Shown piece after piece: positions 21,733-31,878 of a stretch of 64,000 bases of DNA. Position numbers and translations under genes: made by a program. This DNA comes from a virus, in the IMG/VR virus record IMGVR_UViG_3300027770_000032; one strand, 5' to 3'. Position 1 is the first letter of the stretch. Every line of letters begins with the position of its first letter. Below the pieces are notes generated by a model. It saw only the letters and a program-made list of their open reading frames with translations. It did not search any database and was not told the DNA's origin.

Positions 21733-23478
21733 ATGGCCGTAGAGACCGGTAACTTAATTCAAATTAAAAGGTCGTTAACGACAGCTGATGCACCAGTATT
21801 AGCTAACGGTGAATTAGCATTTACAGCCAATGGAGATCACCTCTTTATTGGTTCGAATGGCGCTTCTATCACCATTGCCGGTAAGTTTAATCCTGGTACA
21901 CTGACCGCCAACCAAGCACTTGTTGCTAACGGCACTGGTTATATCGATGCTGTAAAAACTGCAAATCTTACTGTTCGCTCGATCACAGCAAACGGTACAT
22001 CTTCACCCGGTGCTGGCTATATGCTTGCAGTTGATGCTGGAGGTAATACTTTCTGGCAAGCGGCTGGCGCAGTATCTACCAACGTAAATTCAACTTACGC
22101 TTGGACAAACACACATAGCTTTGCTAACGTTGTCACATTCAATGGTGGCATTGTTGCGAACAGCTCGCTGACAGCGAATGGTACGACTGGTACTGCAGGA
22201 CAAGTTCTTGCATCGAACGGTACAGCTGTATACTGGTTAACACCACAAGTTGGAGACATTACTGCTGTTGCTGCTGGCGATGGTCTTACAGGAGGTGGTA
22301 CATCTGGTGATGTTACACTAAATGTTGGTGCTGCTAACGGTATTGGTGTTTCTGCAGACGCAATTATTGTTTTAGCAGCTAACGGTATCTCGGTTGACTC
22401 TTCGGGTGTTAACGTTCTTGCTGGCGCAAATGGCGGTATTGTTGCAAATGCGACTGGTGTACACGTTCGAGCCGGTGCTACTCTTGTAAGTAACTCTACT
22501 GGTCTGCATGTTAATACAGCTAACCTTTCGATTGCTACATCTCAATTAACTGGTGATGTTGCTCTTGGTTCAGGTACATCAGGTAACTATGTTGCGACTA
22601 TTACAGCCGGTAACGGTATTTCTGGATCATCTTCTTCAGAAGGTGGAGCAGCAACAATTGCTGTCGTAGCAAATAACGGTATCGTATCGAACACTTCGGG
22701 CGTCTTTGCTGCGGCTGCGAATGGTATTTCTGTTGATGCAGCAGGTATCAATGTAGTAGGCGGTTCAGGTCTTGTAGCTAACTCGACAGGTGTTCATGTT
22801 GGTGCTGCTAACGGCATTAACGTTACTGCAGATGCAGTTGGCCTTACAACTGGTTCAACACTCACCGTGAACTCGGCTGGACTACACGTTAACTCTGCAC
22901 TCTCGATTACAGATCTTTCTCTTTCAGGAAATCTGACCGTTCTCGGTACACTTTCAACAATCGATACTACCAACCTGACAGTCCAAGATTCGCTGATCGA
23001 GCTTGCAAACGGAAACGCAACAACCGACATTCTTGATATCGGTCTTTATGGTCAGTTCGGCTCAAGTGGATCTAAATTTACTGGTCTTTTCCGCGATGCT
23101 ACAGACGGAATCTATAAGCTCTTTACTGGATTAACAGTCGAGCCAACCACGACTGTTGATACATCAAACGCTAGCTTTACGACTGCTACATTACAGGCAT
23201 TCCTGACTTCAGGCGGTTTGGTTTCGAATGCGACTAACGTTACTCTTACTGCGAACTCGACACTCGCGGTTGGTATCACTGCGAATACATTGAGTCTTTC
23301 GACTCCTCTTGGTGTTGCTTCTGGTGGTCTTGGTCTATCAACTATCACAGCTGGTGCAATCCTTGTAGGTAACGGCGCTGGAGCAGCTACTATTCTTGTA
23401 GCTAATACAAATGGTAAGGTTCTGCAATCAAACGGAACATCGGTAGTATACGGATATCTTGACGGAGGCACGTTCTAA
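21733..23478 (+). CDS. Tail fibre-like protein
   Basis: N-terminal IQIKRS...LANGELA, GDITAVAAGDGLTGGG and repeated ANGIxV units, C-terminal LDGGTF. Confidence 0.75.
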   Translation: MAVETGNLIQIKRSLTTADAPVLANGELAFTANGDHLFIGSNGASITIAGKFNPGTLTANQALVANGTGYIDAVKTANLTVRSITANGTSSPGAGYMLAVDAGGNTFWQAAGAVSTNVNSTYAWTNTHSFANVVTFNGGIVANSSLTANGTTGTAGQVLASNGTAVYWLTPQVGDITAVAAGDGLTGGGTSGDVTLNVGAANGIGVSADAIIVLAANGISVDSSGVNVLAGANGGIVANATGVHVRAGATLVSNSTGLHVNTANLSIATSQLTGDVALGSGTSGNYVATITAGNGISGSSSSEGGAATIAVVANNGIVSNTSGVFAAAANGISVDAAGINVVGGSGLVANSTGVHVGAANGINVTADAVGLTTGSTLTVNSAGLHVNSALSITDLSLSGNLTVLGTLSTIDTTNLTVQDSLIELANGNATTDILDIGLYGQFGSSGSKFTGLFRDATDGIYKLFTGLTVEPTTTVDTSNASFTTATLQAFLTSGGLVSNATNVTLTANSTLAVGITANTLSLSTPLGVASGGLGLSTITAGAILVGNGAGAATILVANTNGKVLQSNGTSVVYGYLDGGTF

Positions 23479-23481
23479 TTT

Positions 23482-23673
23482 ATGGAAGCTGAATTTGTAA
23501 ATGAGTATATCAATCGATTACTCGCGAGTGTACATGATCTTACAAGTAAGAACGTAATGCTAGAAACGAAACTGGTCATGGCTGATAAAGCCATGACCAG
23601 TCTTCAAGCAAAAATTGTTGATCTTGAAAAACTTGGAAATAAAAACAAAAAAGCTGAAGATACTTCTGTATAA
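23482..23673 (+). CDS. Small coiled-coil protein (possible fibre assembly chaperone)
   Basis: 63-aa heptad-rich ORF (VNEYINRL...NVMLETKL) with GGAGG upstream. Confidence 0.6.
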   Translation: MEAEFVNEYINRLLASVHDLTSKNVMLETKLVMADKAMTSLQAKIVDLEKLGNKNKKAEDTSV

Positions 23674-23676
23674 ATA
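23669..23676 (+). promoter_or_regulatory. T4-type late promoter TATAAATA
   Basis: Exact consensus about 50 nt upstream of the long fibre ATG. Confidence 0.8.
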
Positions 23677-23726
23677 GAATATTAGGGGTTACATAACCGC
23701 TTCGTTGCTCTATATAGAGGTTGAGA

Positions 23727-26700
23727 ATGGCAAATAAGTTTCAATTCAAGCGCACGACAATTTCTGGTCGTACAGCTAATACTACTGACGTAGCAAATTC
23801 CGGCTTTATTGATAACGGCGAATTTGCAGTTAACTTAACTGATCGTAAAGTCTTCTCTTCAGATGCTGCCAATGCCATCTTCGAAGTCGGTTCAAATCTC
23901 TCTTCTCTTGCTGTTACTACGGTTGTCGCCAACGGATCTTCTGGATTAGGCGGACAAGTTCTTTCATCGAATGGAACCGCAGTTTATTGGGGTCCAGGTG
24001 GTACAGCAAATGCTGCTACCATGAATACCTATACGTTTACTGTGGCATCGAATACTACGGTGTTTACAGGTTTAGACGATACCTCAAATACATTCATATA
24101 TACTGCCGGACTTGAAAGCGTCTTTATTAATGGCTCTCGTCAGATTGCGGGTGTTGACTATAACACAACAAATACTACCGTTCTCACACTTACAGCGAAT
24201 GCGATTGCCGGTGATATTGTTCAAGTTACAACTTTAAATGGTGCTTCACTTACTCTCGGTTCTCAAGGTGCCCAAGGAGCAACCGGCGCTCAAGGTGCTA
24301 CTGGTGCTCAAGGCGCACAGGGTGCCCAAGGTGCACAAGGAGCCACTGGTGCAGCTTCATCGGTTGCCGGTCCACAAGGTTCTACTGGAGCTCAAGGTGC
24401 TCAAGGTGCTACTGGCGCTCAAGGTGCTCAAGGTGCTACTGGCGCTCAAGGTACAACTGGTTCTACAGGTGCTCAAGGTGCTACTGGAGCCCAAGGTGCT
24501 CAAGGTGCTACTGGCGCTCAAGGTGCTCAAGGTGCGGCTGGAGCTCAAGGTACAACTGGTTCTACAGGTGCTCAAGGTGCTCAAGGTGACACTGGCGCTC
24601 AAGGTGCTCAAGGATTACAAGGTGCACAAGGAGTTACCGGAGCACAAGGTGCTCAAGGTGCTACTGGCGCTCAAGGTGCTCAAGGTGCAGCTGCTGTTGT
24701 AGGTGGATCAAATACACAGATACAATTTAATGATTCTACCAGTTCCAATGGATCTGCAGGATTCACGTTTAACAAAATAAGTAATAATGTTACAATCGCT
24801 AATAATATATCTGCTACCTCTGGTACATTTGCTGGAGCAGTCTCTGGTATCACTACACTCGATGCTGGCAATACTACGATCACGGGTGTTACTAGATTAT
24901 CCTCTCCTACCATTAGTGCTCCATACTGGGGAGCAAATGGTATCAATTTAATTCAAAGTGCTGCAACCTTCATAGATAACACTACACCAGGCAATAACGG
25001 ATCGGTGTATATAAATCGTTTTGCATCTCAAACTTATAACGCAACGGTATCGACGGCGCAAATTCTATCAATCTATGGCACTTATTTTGAAGCGCCAATT
25101 TTGGGTGCTAATGTAATTACTGGTGGTGGTGGTGCACTTTATGGTAAGTTTGCATTGGGTGCGGAGGGAATCTACTCCAATGGCTCTATCTCCGTTCAAG
25201 GAGTATTAACCGCAAACAGTCCTGGTAATAATGACATTGTGGCTGTTGCATCAACAAATATTAGTGGCGCAAATGTGAATATTGGTGGCGTAACAACTAT
25301 TACTGGCGCACCAACTACTGGGCTTGTGGTAACTGTCGGCACTGCCAGCTTTACAGTAACCCCAAGTACCACTGGCACAATCACGATGGGGAACGCCACT
25401 GGTAGTGGTGATATTACTGTTGGACGGTCCACTAGAAATCAGACAGTCCAAATTGCTTCTGCCGCTACTACTTCCGGCAACACCAAGACTATCAATCTTG
25501 GCACAGGTGGTGCTGCAGGCTCAACAACCAATGTCAATATCGGTTCGACACTTTCTAATACATTTGTTACGATCAATGCTAATACCGTAACTTATACTGG
25601 AGCAGCATCTGGCATCACAACACTTGCTGCGGGTAATACTACGATCACCGGTGATATCACTGTTTCTGGTAATCTAACCATCAACGGAACAACAACGAAT
25701 ATAAATTCTACAAATCTTGTTGTAGAAGATAAAAACATTATACTTGCCGATGTTACTACTCCAACCGAGGTGACTGCGGATGGCGGTGGTATTACTCTGA
25801 AAGGTGCCACCGATAAGACATTTAACTGGGTAAATGCTACTACGAGTTGGACCTCTTCAGAAAATTTAGATCTTGCATCGGGCAAAACTTATAGGATCAA
25901 TGGCACTACTATTGCTAACTCCACAGCTTTAGGTACTGGAATTCTTGCATCTTCTTTAACCTCGGTAGGCACTTTAAGTTCTCTTACACTCGGCGGTGCT
26001 GTAACAGGTGTCACAACACTTGCCGCTGGCAATACTACGATTACTGGCTTTGCGAACGTAACATCAACGCTTGCCGTCGCTGGAATTACTACATTCTCAG
26101 GCAACGTAATTCTTGGCTCGTCCGGTCTTTCTGCAAATGGAGGATTTGGTTCTGCAGGACACGTTCTTTCATCGAATGGTACCGCTGCATATTGGACGAC
26201 TGCTGCTGCCACGGGTGTTACTAGCGTTGCGACCGCAAATGGACTTTCAGGTGGACCGATTACATCTACCGGCACAATTGGTGTTACAACAGGTCCGACG
26301 CTGACAGTCAATACGACTGGCATTCATGTCAACTCAGCATTATCAATCTCCGATCTTACACTCTCTGGCAATCTCACAGTATCTGGCACAAGAACATATG
26401 TGAACACAACGACACTTGATGTCGGTGATAATATCGTCACTCTGAATGCAGATCTTGGAGCTAATCCTCCTACTGAGAATGCCGGAATTGAAGTTATGCG
26501 CGGCACTTCCGCCAACGTTCAATTCCTTTGGGATGAAACAAACGATCGATGGTCAACTAATGACCAACCACTTGCAACCTTATCATTGACAGTTGGTAAC
26601 TCTTCTATTAGCTCTACTGTCAACGGTAGTAACTTTAGCGGTACTGCAAACAACTCGACGAATTTTGGTGGATCTTCGCTTGCAACTGTTCAAGGCCAAA

Positions 26701-29555
26701 TTACAGGAAATGCGGCGACTGCTTACACGAATGCTGTATCATATACCGATACGAAGATTGGAACAGCAAATACTGCCATTACAGGAAATGCTGCTACGGC
26801 ATATACTAACGCAGTATCTTATACTGATACTAAAATCGGAACTGCCAATACCGCAATGGTTGCAAATGCCGGAGCAGCCTATACAAATGCCATTGCAATT
26901 GCAGCGAATGCCAGCAATCTGACATCGGGTACGGTAGCATTTGCTCGACTTCCTACTGTCGACGCTGTCAATAATACTTCAATTACATTAGTTCCAGTCG
27001 CTAACAATGTCAAAACAGCATACGATGCGGCTATCACCGCCAATACAAATGCCAATACTGCATTAACCGCTGCAGGTGCTGCTTATACGAATGCCGTATC
27101 ATACACAGATGGTAAAATTCTAACATCGAATAGTGCTATTACAGGAAATGCTGCGACTGCTTATACGAATGCTGTGAGTTACACCGATACGAAGATCGGA
27201 ACTGCTAACACTGCAATGGTAGCGAATGCTGGAGCAGCGTATACGAATGCGACTATCTTTGCAGCGAATGCTTCGAATGCAAACAGCGGCACATTAGCTG
27301 AAGCTCGTCTTCCGCACAGGATGAATCAAGACGTTCGAACTAGTGATTCTCCAACTTTCGTAAATATGACGCTATCCGGAAATCTTACAGTTTCTGGTAC
27401 AAGAACATATGTCAACACCACAACGCTCGATGTTGGTGATAATATTATCACTCTGAATGCAGATCTTGGAGCTAATCCTCCTACAGAAAATGCTGGTCTC
27501 GAGATCATGCGCGGTACTTCTGCAAATGTTCAGTTTCTTTGGGATGAAACTAACGATCGTTGGTCGACTAATGACCAGCCACTCGCAACCTCATCTCTCG
27601 TAGCAAATGGTGCCGCTTCTGGTATCACGACACTTGCTGCTGGTAATACAACGATTACAGGTTTTGCTAACGTATCATCTACTCTTGCCGTAGCAGGCAT
27701 CTCTACATTCTCTGGCAACGTAGTTTTAGGCTCTGTAGGTCTTTCAGCTAACGGTGGCTTTGGTACAGCAGGTCAAGTTCTAGCATCAAATGGAACAGCT
27801 GCATATTGGTCTTCAGCTGTGGGTCCTCAAGGAGCTCAAGGTGCCCAGGGCGCAACTGGTGCTCAAGGTGCTCAAGGAACTACTGGTGCTCAAGGTGCTA
27901 CAGGTGCTCAAGGAACTACTGGTGCTCAAGGTACAGCTGGTACTACTGGTGCACAGGGTGCAACTGGCGCACAAGGCGCGCAGGGACTTCAAGGCGCACA
28001 AGGCTCCACTGGAGCCCAAGGCGCTCAAGGTGCAACTGGTGCTCAAGGTGTAGCTTCAAATTCTGCTACGATGAATACCTATACGTTTACTGCAACATCG
28101 AATACTACAATTATTACCGGAGCAGACGATACAGCGAACACTCTAGTATACACCATTGGACTTGAAAGCGTTTTTATCAATGGTTCTCGGCAGATTTCGG
28201 GAATAGATTATAATACAACGAATACTACAGTCATTACGCTTACAGCGAATGTTGTGAGTGCAGATGTTGTTCAAGTCACAACTTTAAGCGGTGGTGCTCT
28301 CGTTTCCGGAGCTCAAGGTGCAACTGGTGCACAAGGTGCTACTGGAGCTCAAGGTGCACAAGGAGCTACCGGCGGAGGCGTAACTTCTGTCGCGACAGCC
28401 AATGGTCTTTCTGGTGGAACGATTACAACTAGTGGCACAATCGGAGTAACTGCTGGGCCAACACTCACAGTCAATACCACTGGTATTCACGTGAACTCCG
28501 CATTATCAATTACCGATCTTACTCTATCTGGCAACCTGACAGTTTCTGGTACAAGAACTTATGTGAACACTACAACGCTCGATGTTGGCGATAATATTGT
28601 TACATTGAATGCAGATCTCGGCGCTAATCCACCCACCGAAAACGCTGGTCTCGAAATCATGCGTGGCACTTCCGCAAATGTTCAGTTTATGTGGGATGAA
28701 ACTAATGATCGTTGGTCAACAAACTCTCAACCACTCGCCGTTTCATCTCTCGTAGCTGCCGGAGCGGCATCAGGTATTACAACACTCGCTGCCGGTAACA
28801 CTACGATTACCGGCTTTGCCAACGTAACCACAACTATCCAAGGGGGTTCGTCACTAACTATCGCCGGTGCTGCATCTGGAATTACGACTCTTGCTGCCGG
28901 CAATACCACAATTACTGGTTTTATTAATGCTACTTCTACTGGAACATTCGCTTCAACTTTACAAGTCGGTAATAATTCCGGTGGGGTGGATGCAACATTG
29001 CATATCAAGTCAGTCCAAGGTGGCAACGGTAGATTCTTGCAATTCTCTCCACAGGCTAACTCAGTTAATGCTCTAGCACTGATGGCATCAAGTAACTCGA
29101 CAGGTGGTGAACAGTGGTGGTCGATTGGTTCTCAGACTGATGATACTTTTAAAATCCAAAAGGGCGTAGGCTTTGGCGGCGCTGGCCTCTCAATTTCGAA
29201 TACTGGCGGCATTGTGTCGTCCGATGTCGCTGACGCAGTTGGCTACAAAGGACTGCCGCAAAACGCCAAGACTGCAGCTTATGGGTTAATATTGACTGAC
29301 ATGGGTAAAATGATCAATACCACGACAGGCGGCGTAGTAATTCCAGCAAACGCCAACGTGGCGTTCCCACTTGGATCGACGATCGTTATCTATAATAACA
29401 GCGCATCCAGTCAGACGATCAGCATCACGACTGACACCATTTATCTTGCTGGCACAGCCACCACTGGTTCACGCACATTGGCCCAACGCGGCCTTGCGAC
29501 TTGCGTAAAGGTTGCTAGTACGACTTGGGTCGTTTCCGGAGCAGGAGTTACTTAA
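23727..29555 (+). CDS. Long modular tail fibre with collagen tracts and repeated domains
   Basis: ATG at 23727 after GAGG. N-terminal FQFKRT...[13 protein letters not shown]; collagen tracts near 24258-24690, 27822-28050 and 28308-28370; AYTNA coiled-coil repeats; C-terminal [15 protein letters not shown] domain. Confidence 0.8.
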   Translation: MANKFQFKRTTISGRTANTTDVANSGFIDNGEFAVNLTDRKVFSSDAANAIFEVGSNLSSLAVTTVVANGSSGLGGQVLSSNGTAVYWGPGGTANAATMNTYTFTVASNTTVFTGLDDTSNTFIYTAGLESVFINGSRQIAGVDYNTTNTTVLTLTANAIAGDIVQVTTLNGASLTLGSQGAQGATGAQGATGAQGAQGAQGAQGATGAASSVAGPQGSTGAQGAQGATGAQGAQGATGAQGTTGSTGAQGATGAQGAQGATGAQGAQGAAGAQGTTGSTGAQGAQGDTGAQGAQGLQGAQGVTGAQGAQGATGAQGAQGAAAVVGGSNTQIQFNDSTSSNGSAGFTFNKISNNVTIANNISATSGTFAGAVSGITTLDAGNTTITGVTRLSSPTISAPYWGANGINLIQSAATFIDNTTPGNNGSVYINRFASQTYNATVSTAQILSIYGTYFEAPILGANVITGGGGALYGKFALGAEGIYSNGSISVQGVLTANSPGNNDIVAVASTNISGANVNIGGVTTITGAPTTGLVVTVGTASFTVTPSTTGTITMGNATGSGDITVGRSTRNQTVQIASAATTSGNTKTINLGTGGAAGSTTNVNIGSTLSNTFVTINANTVTYTGAASGITTLAAGNTTITGDITVSGNLTINGTTTNINSTNLVVEDKNIILADVTTPTEVTADGGGITLKGATDKTFNWVNATTSWTSSENLDLASGKTYRINGTTIANSTALGTGILASSLTSVGTLSSLTLGGAVTGVTTLAAGNTTITGFANVTSTLAVAGITTFSGNVILGSSGLSANGGFGSAGHVLSSNGTAAYWTTAAATGVTSVATANGLSGGPITSTGTIGVTTGPTLTVNTTGIHVNSALSISDLTLSGNLTVSGTRTYVNTTTLDVGDNIVTLNADLGANPPTENAGIEVMRGTSANVQFLWDETNDRWSTNDQPLATLSLTVGNSSISSTVNGSNFSGTANNSTNFGGSSLATVQGQITGNAATAYTNAVSYTDTKIGTANTAITGNAATAYTNAVSYTDTKIGTANTAMVANAGAAYTNAIAIAANASNLTSGTVAFARLPTVDAVNNTSITLVPVANNVKTAYDAAITANTNANTALTAAGAAYTNAVSYTDGKILTSNSAITGNAATAYTNAVSYTDTKIGTANTAMVANAGAAYTNATIFAANASNANSGTLAEARLPHRMNQDVRTSDSPTFVNMTLSGNLTVSGTRTYVNTTTLDVGDNIITLNADLGANPPTENAGLEIMRGTSANVQFLWDETNDRWSTNDQPLATSSLVANGAASGITTLAAGNTTITGFANVSSTLAVAGISTFSGNVVLGSVGLSANGGFGTAGQVLASNGTAAYWSSAVGPQGAQGAQGATGAQGAQGTTGAQGATGAQGTTGAQGTAGTTGAQGATGAQGAQGLQGAQGSTGAQGAQGATGAQGVASNSATMNTYTFTATSNTTIITGADDTANTLVYTIGLESVFINGSRQISGIDYNTTNTTVITLTANVVSADVVQVTTLSGGALVSGAQGATGAQGATGAQGAQGATGGGVTSVATANGLSGGTITTSGTIGVTAGPTLTVNTTGIHVNSALSITDLTLSGNLTVSGTRTYVNTTTLDVGDNIVTLNADLGANPPTENAGLEIMRGTSANVQFMWDETNDRWSTNSQPLAVSSLVAAGAASGITTLAAGNTTITGFANVTTTIQGGSSLTIAGAASGITTLAAGNTTITGFINATSTGTFASTLQVGNNSGGVDATLHIKSVQGGNGRFLQFSPQANSVNALALMASSNSTGGEQWWSIGSQTDDTFKIQKGVGFGGAGLSISNTGGIVSSDVADAVGYKGLPQNAKTAAYGLILTDMGKMINTTTGGVVIPANANVAFPLGSTIVIYNNSASSQTISITTDTIYLAGTATTGSRTLAQRGLATCVKVASTTWVVSGAGVT
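26350..28740 (+). repeat. Three dispersed ~230-bp copies of the module [24 protein letters not shown]...[11 protein letters not shown] (about 26350, 27365, 28515)
   Basis: Near-identical peptide in three places within the fibre; boundaries approximate. Confidence 0.85.
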
Positions 29556-30388
29556 TGACTGGTATCTTTGCTGGATTGTTGGGTGTAGGCGTTAGCGTAG
29601 TAACTGGCCAAGATGCCTACACCACTGCGGGTACATATACATGGGTTAAGCCAGCCGGGGTTACTAGCGTATCCATTGTTGCCGTTGGTTCCGGTAGACC
29701 CGGAGCAGCTAGTTTTTACGTTGGTGAGATCGGCGTGTGCTGGTGTGGCTTTGGCGGCGGTGGTGGCGGTGGAGGTGCGCTGGCCTACCTCAATAACTAT
29801 GATGTTTCAGCCCGATCCTCGTTGCAGATTGTAATCACCTCTGGTGGTAGCAGTACTGTTAACGACTGCGCGGCCGCGCATATATTTACGGCAGGGCTAG
29901 GCGGAGTGGGCAGCGGTAGTACTGGTGGCGATGGGGGCACTGCCACAGGTACATTTACGGCATCTTATGCTGGTGGTAAGGGTGGTATTGGCGGATATAC
30001 TGCGTGTGGCTATAATAATAACAACGGCGGTGGTGGTGGTGCTGGCGGCTATGCTGGCGTTGGTGGCTTTGGTGGCGGTCGAACCCCCCCACCAAACGGC
30101 TGTACTAATACCCCCAGTGTTGCTGGCTCTGGCGGCGGCGGCGGCGGCGGGGGCAATCCCTATAACGTAGGTGGTGGCGGCGTAGGCATACTTGGGCAAG
30201 GAACAAACGGCGCTGCTAACGGCGGTGGTGGGTCTGGCGGCGCTTCTGCAAATGTCAGAAATGGGGGAGCATACGGCGGTGGCGGCGCTGGTTGCAATGC
30301 AGTCTATGTTGCCTCAGGAGGCGCAGTTCGCATTATCTACCCTGGTACAACACGTTCCTTCCCATCGACTAATACAGGGGACCTATAA
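29555..30388 (+). CDS. Glycine-rich fibre-tip/adhesin-like protein
   Basis: TAATG coupling to the fibre; AYTTAGTYTWVKPAGVTSVSIVAVG N-terminus, polyglycine runs, Cys-containing variable loops and C-terminal GAVRIIYPG...FPSTNT. Confidence 0.7.
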   Translation: MTGIFAGLLGVGVSVVTGQDAYTTAGTYTWVKPAGVTSVSIVAVGSGRPGAASFYVGEIGVCWCGFGGGGGGGGALAYLNNYDVSARSSLQIVITSGGSSTVNDCAAAHIFTAGLGGVGSGSTGGDGGTATGTFTASYAGGKGGIGGYTACGYNNNNGGGGGAGGYAGVGGFGGGRTPPPNGCTNTPSVAGSGGGGGGGGNPYNVGGGGVGILGQGTNGAANGGGGSGGASANVRNGGAYGGGGAGCNAVYVASGGAVRIIYPGTTRSFPSTNTGDL

Positions 30389-30898
30389 ATGGAACACACT
30401 GATCTCGAACTCTACATTCAAATCCGTGACGGACAGCCGCATGAGCACCCGATATTTGCGGACAACTTCCGTGAGGCGTTTCCCGACGTGGATATGGAGA
30501 ACTTGCCAGACACGTTTGCCAAATTCATCCGCGTCGATGCCCCTGTGCCGGACACTTATGAGGTGTACGAAGGTGTGGCCTACCAGTGGTTTGATGGCAT
30601 AGTAAAGGACGTGCATTCTGTTCGCGCTATGACTGATGAAGAGCGCGCAGCCAAGGATGCAATACTGGCGCAGGAAGCAATAGACCGAGCCAATTTTGCG
30701 TTACAGTTCCGCATGGAGCGATGCCAGCAAACGGCGGATGAAACAGAGGATGCTACGCAAAAGCAGTATTGGCTTGACTGCCTTGAGGCCCACAGGCTGT
30801 GGGTGCTTGAAAGCGTCGATCCGATGACACCTGCATTTCCGCTCTTCCCTAAGAAGGATGAAAGCGGTAACTGGGTAAGTCGTTATACTATTATATAA
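30389..30898 (+). CDS. Hypothetical protein, probable tail fibre assembly/chaperone
   Basis: LYIQIRDGQPHEHPI...VRAMTDEE; directly follows the Gly-rich tip gene. Confidence 0.5.
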   Translation: MEHTDLELYIQIRDGQPHEHPIFADNFREAFPDVDMENLPDTFAKFIRVDAPVPDTYEVYEGVAYQWFDGIVKDVHSVRAMTDEERAAKDAILAQEAIDRANFALQFRMERCQQTADETEDATQKQYWLDCLEAHRLWVLESVDPMTPAFPLFPKKDESGNWVSRYTII

Positions 30899-30907
30899 GG
30901 ATTAATT

Positions 30908-31576
30908 ATGGCGCGTAAGAAAGTGTCGGAACCTATGGTGGCTCCGTTGGAAGAATTTCATTATTTTGTAACTCCCATCTATATTATTAAACAGCCACGG
31001 TTTCTTGATGTAGTTAAGACAATAGCATTGGACAGCATCAAGCAAGTTCACGGCAAAGCTAAGCCGGACAAAATACATCCTCTCCTCATGTCGGGCAATA
31101 TGTTGGAAGACACTCGCATCGAGGAGTTTGCCAACTTTGTAGGCGAGACGGCGTGGAATATCTTAGCTAGCCAAGGCTACGCTATGGAGAATTTTAGCAC
31201 TGGGTTTACTGAAATGTGGTGCCAAGAGCATTATCAAACGGCATCGATGGATTACCACGCGCATGCCGGAGGTAGCTTCCTTGTTGGCTTCTATTTCCTT
31301 GACACGCCGGAAGGATGCTCACCCGCTGTCATTCACGATCCTCGTCCAGGACGCGTCATGCTCGACTTGCCGCAAATTAATCCTAGCCAAGCAACGCTTG
31401 CAAGCACGGCGATTAACTTTATTCCAGAACCGGGGATGTTGATGTTCACACCGGCATGGTTAGCGCACAGCTTCAATCGCAATACGTCGAAGGACCCGTT
31501 CCGCTTCGTTCACTTTAACCTCGCCGTGCAGCCAAAGGCACCAGTCGCGTGTCTTGCGCCTGCAGAGGTGATCTGA
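30908..31576 (+). CDS. Putative 2OG-Fe(II) oxygenase (TIGR02466-like)
   Basis: HAH facial motif, HDPRP, PEPGMLMFTPAWLAHS, RFVHFNL. Confidence 0.8.
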   Translation: MARKKVSEPMVAPLEEFHYFVTPIYIIKQPRFLDVVKTIALDSIKQVHGKAKPDKIHPLLMSGNMLEDTRIEEFANFVGETAWNILASQGYAMENFSTGFTEMWCQEHYQTASMDYHAHAGGSFLVGFYFLDTPEGCSPAVIHDPRPGRVMLDLPQINPSQATLASTAINFIPEPGMLMFTPAWLAHSFNRNTSKDPFRFVHFNLAVQPKAPVACLAPAEVI

Positions 31577-31803
31577 TGTCGCATTTCGAAATACGCTATA
31601 ATCAAACTCGTGGTCAGCCGGGGCGCGGTACGATGGATCACGTATGGCGCGTGTTCGAGGACGGCAAGGAGTATTTGACGAAGAACGTAGAGATTAACGT
31701 GCCTTGTCGCGGGGAGAAAACCGGTAATGACTGGAGTATGGTCTGCGAGGGTGTGCTTACGTTAGATAGAGAAACATCGACTGCCACCATAGGGCTAGCG
31801 TAA
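31576..31803 (+). CDS. Small hypothetical protein
   Basis: TGATG-coupled with GAGG RBS; IRYNQTRGQPGRGTMDHVWRVFEDGKEYL. Confidence 0.7.
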   Translation: MSHFEIRYNQTRGQPGRGTMDHVWRVFEDGKEYLTKNVEINVPCRGEKTGNDWSMVCEGVLTLDRETSTATIGLA

Positions 31804-31842
31804 TATTATAAAGCATGCCGATTCGTTTAACATTGATAAATG

Positions 31843-31850
31843 TATAAATA
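31843..31850 (+). promoter_or_regulatory. T4-type late promoter TATAAATA
   Basis: Exact consensus in the intergenic gap 28 nt before the next fibre gene. Confidence 0.85.
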
Positions 31851-31878
31851 GAATAAAATCTGAGGGATAGGGAACCAG

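Noticed and set aside
18990-28370. Collagen tracts as substrates of the prolyl-4-hydroxylase-like enzyme
   Set aside because: Proline is not found in the Y position that collagen P4Hs modify.
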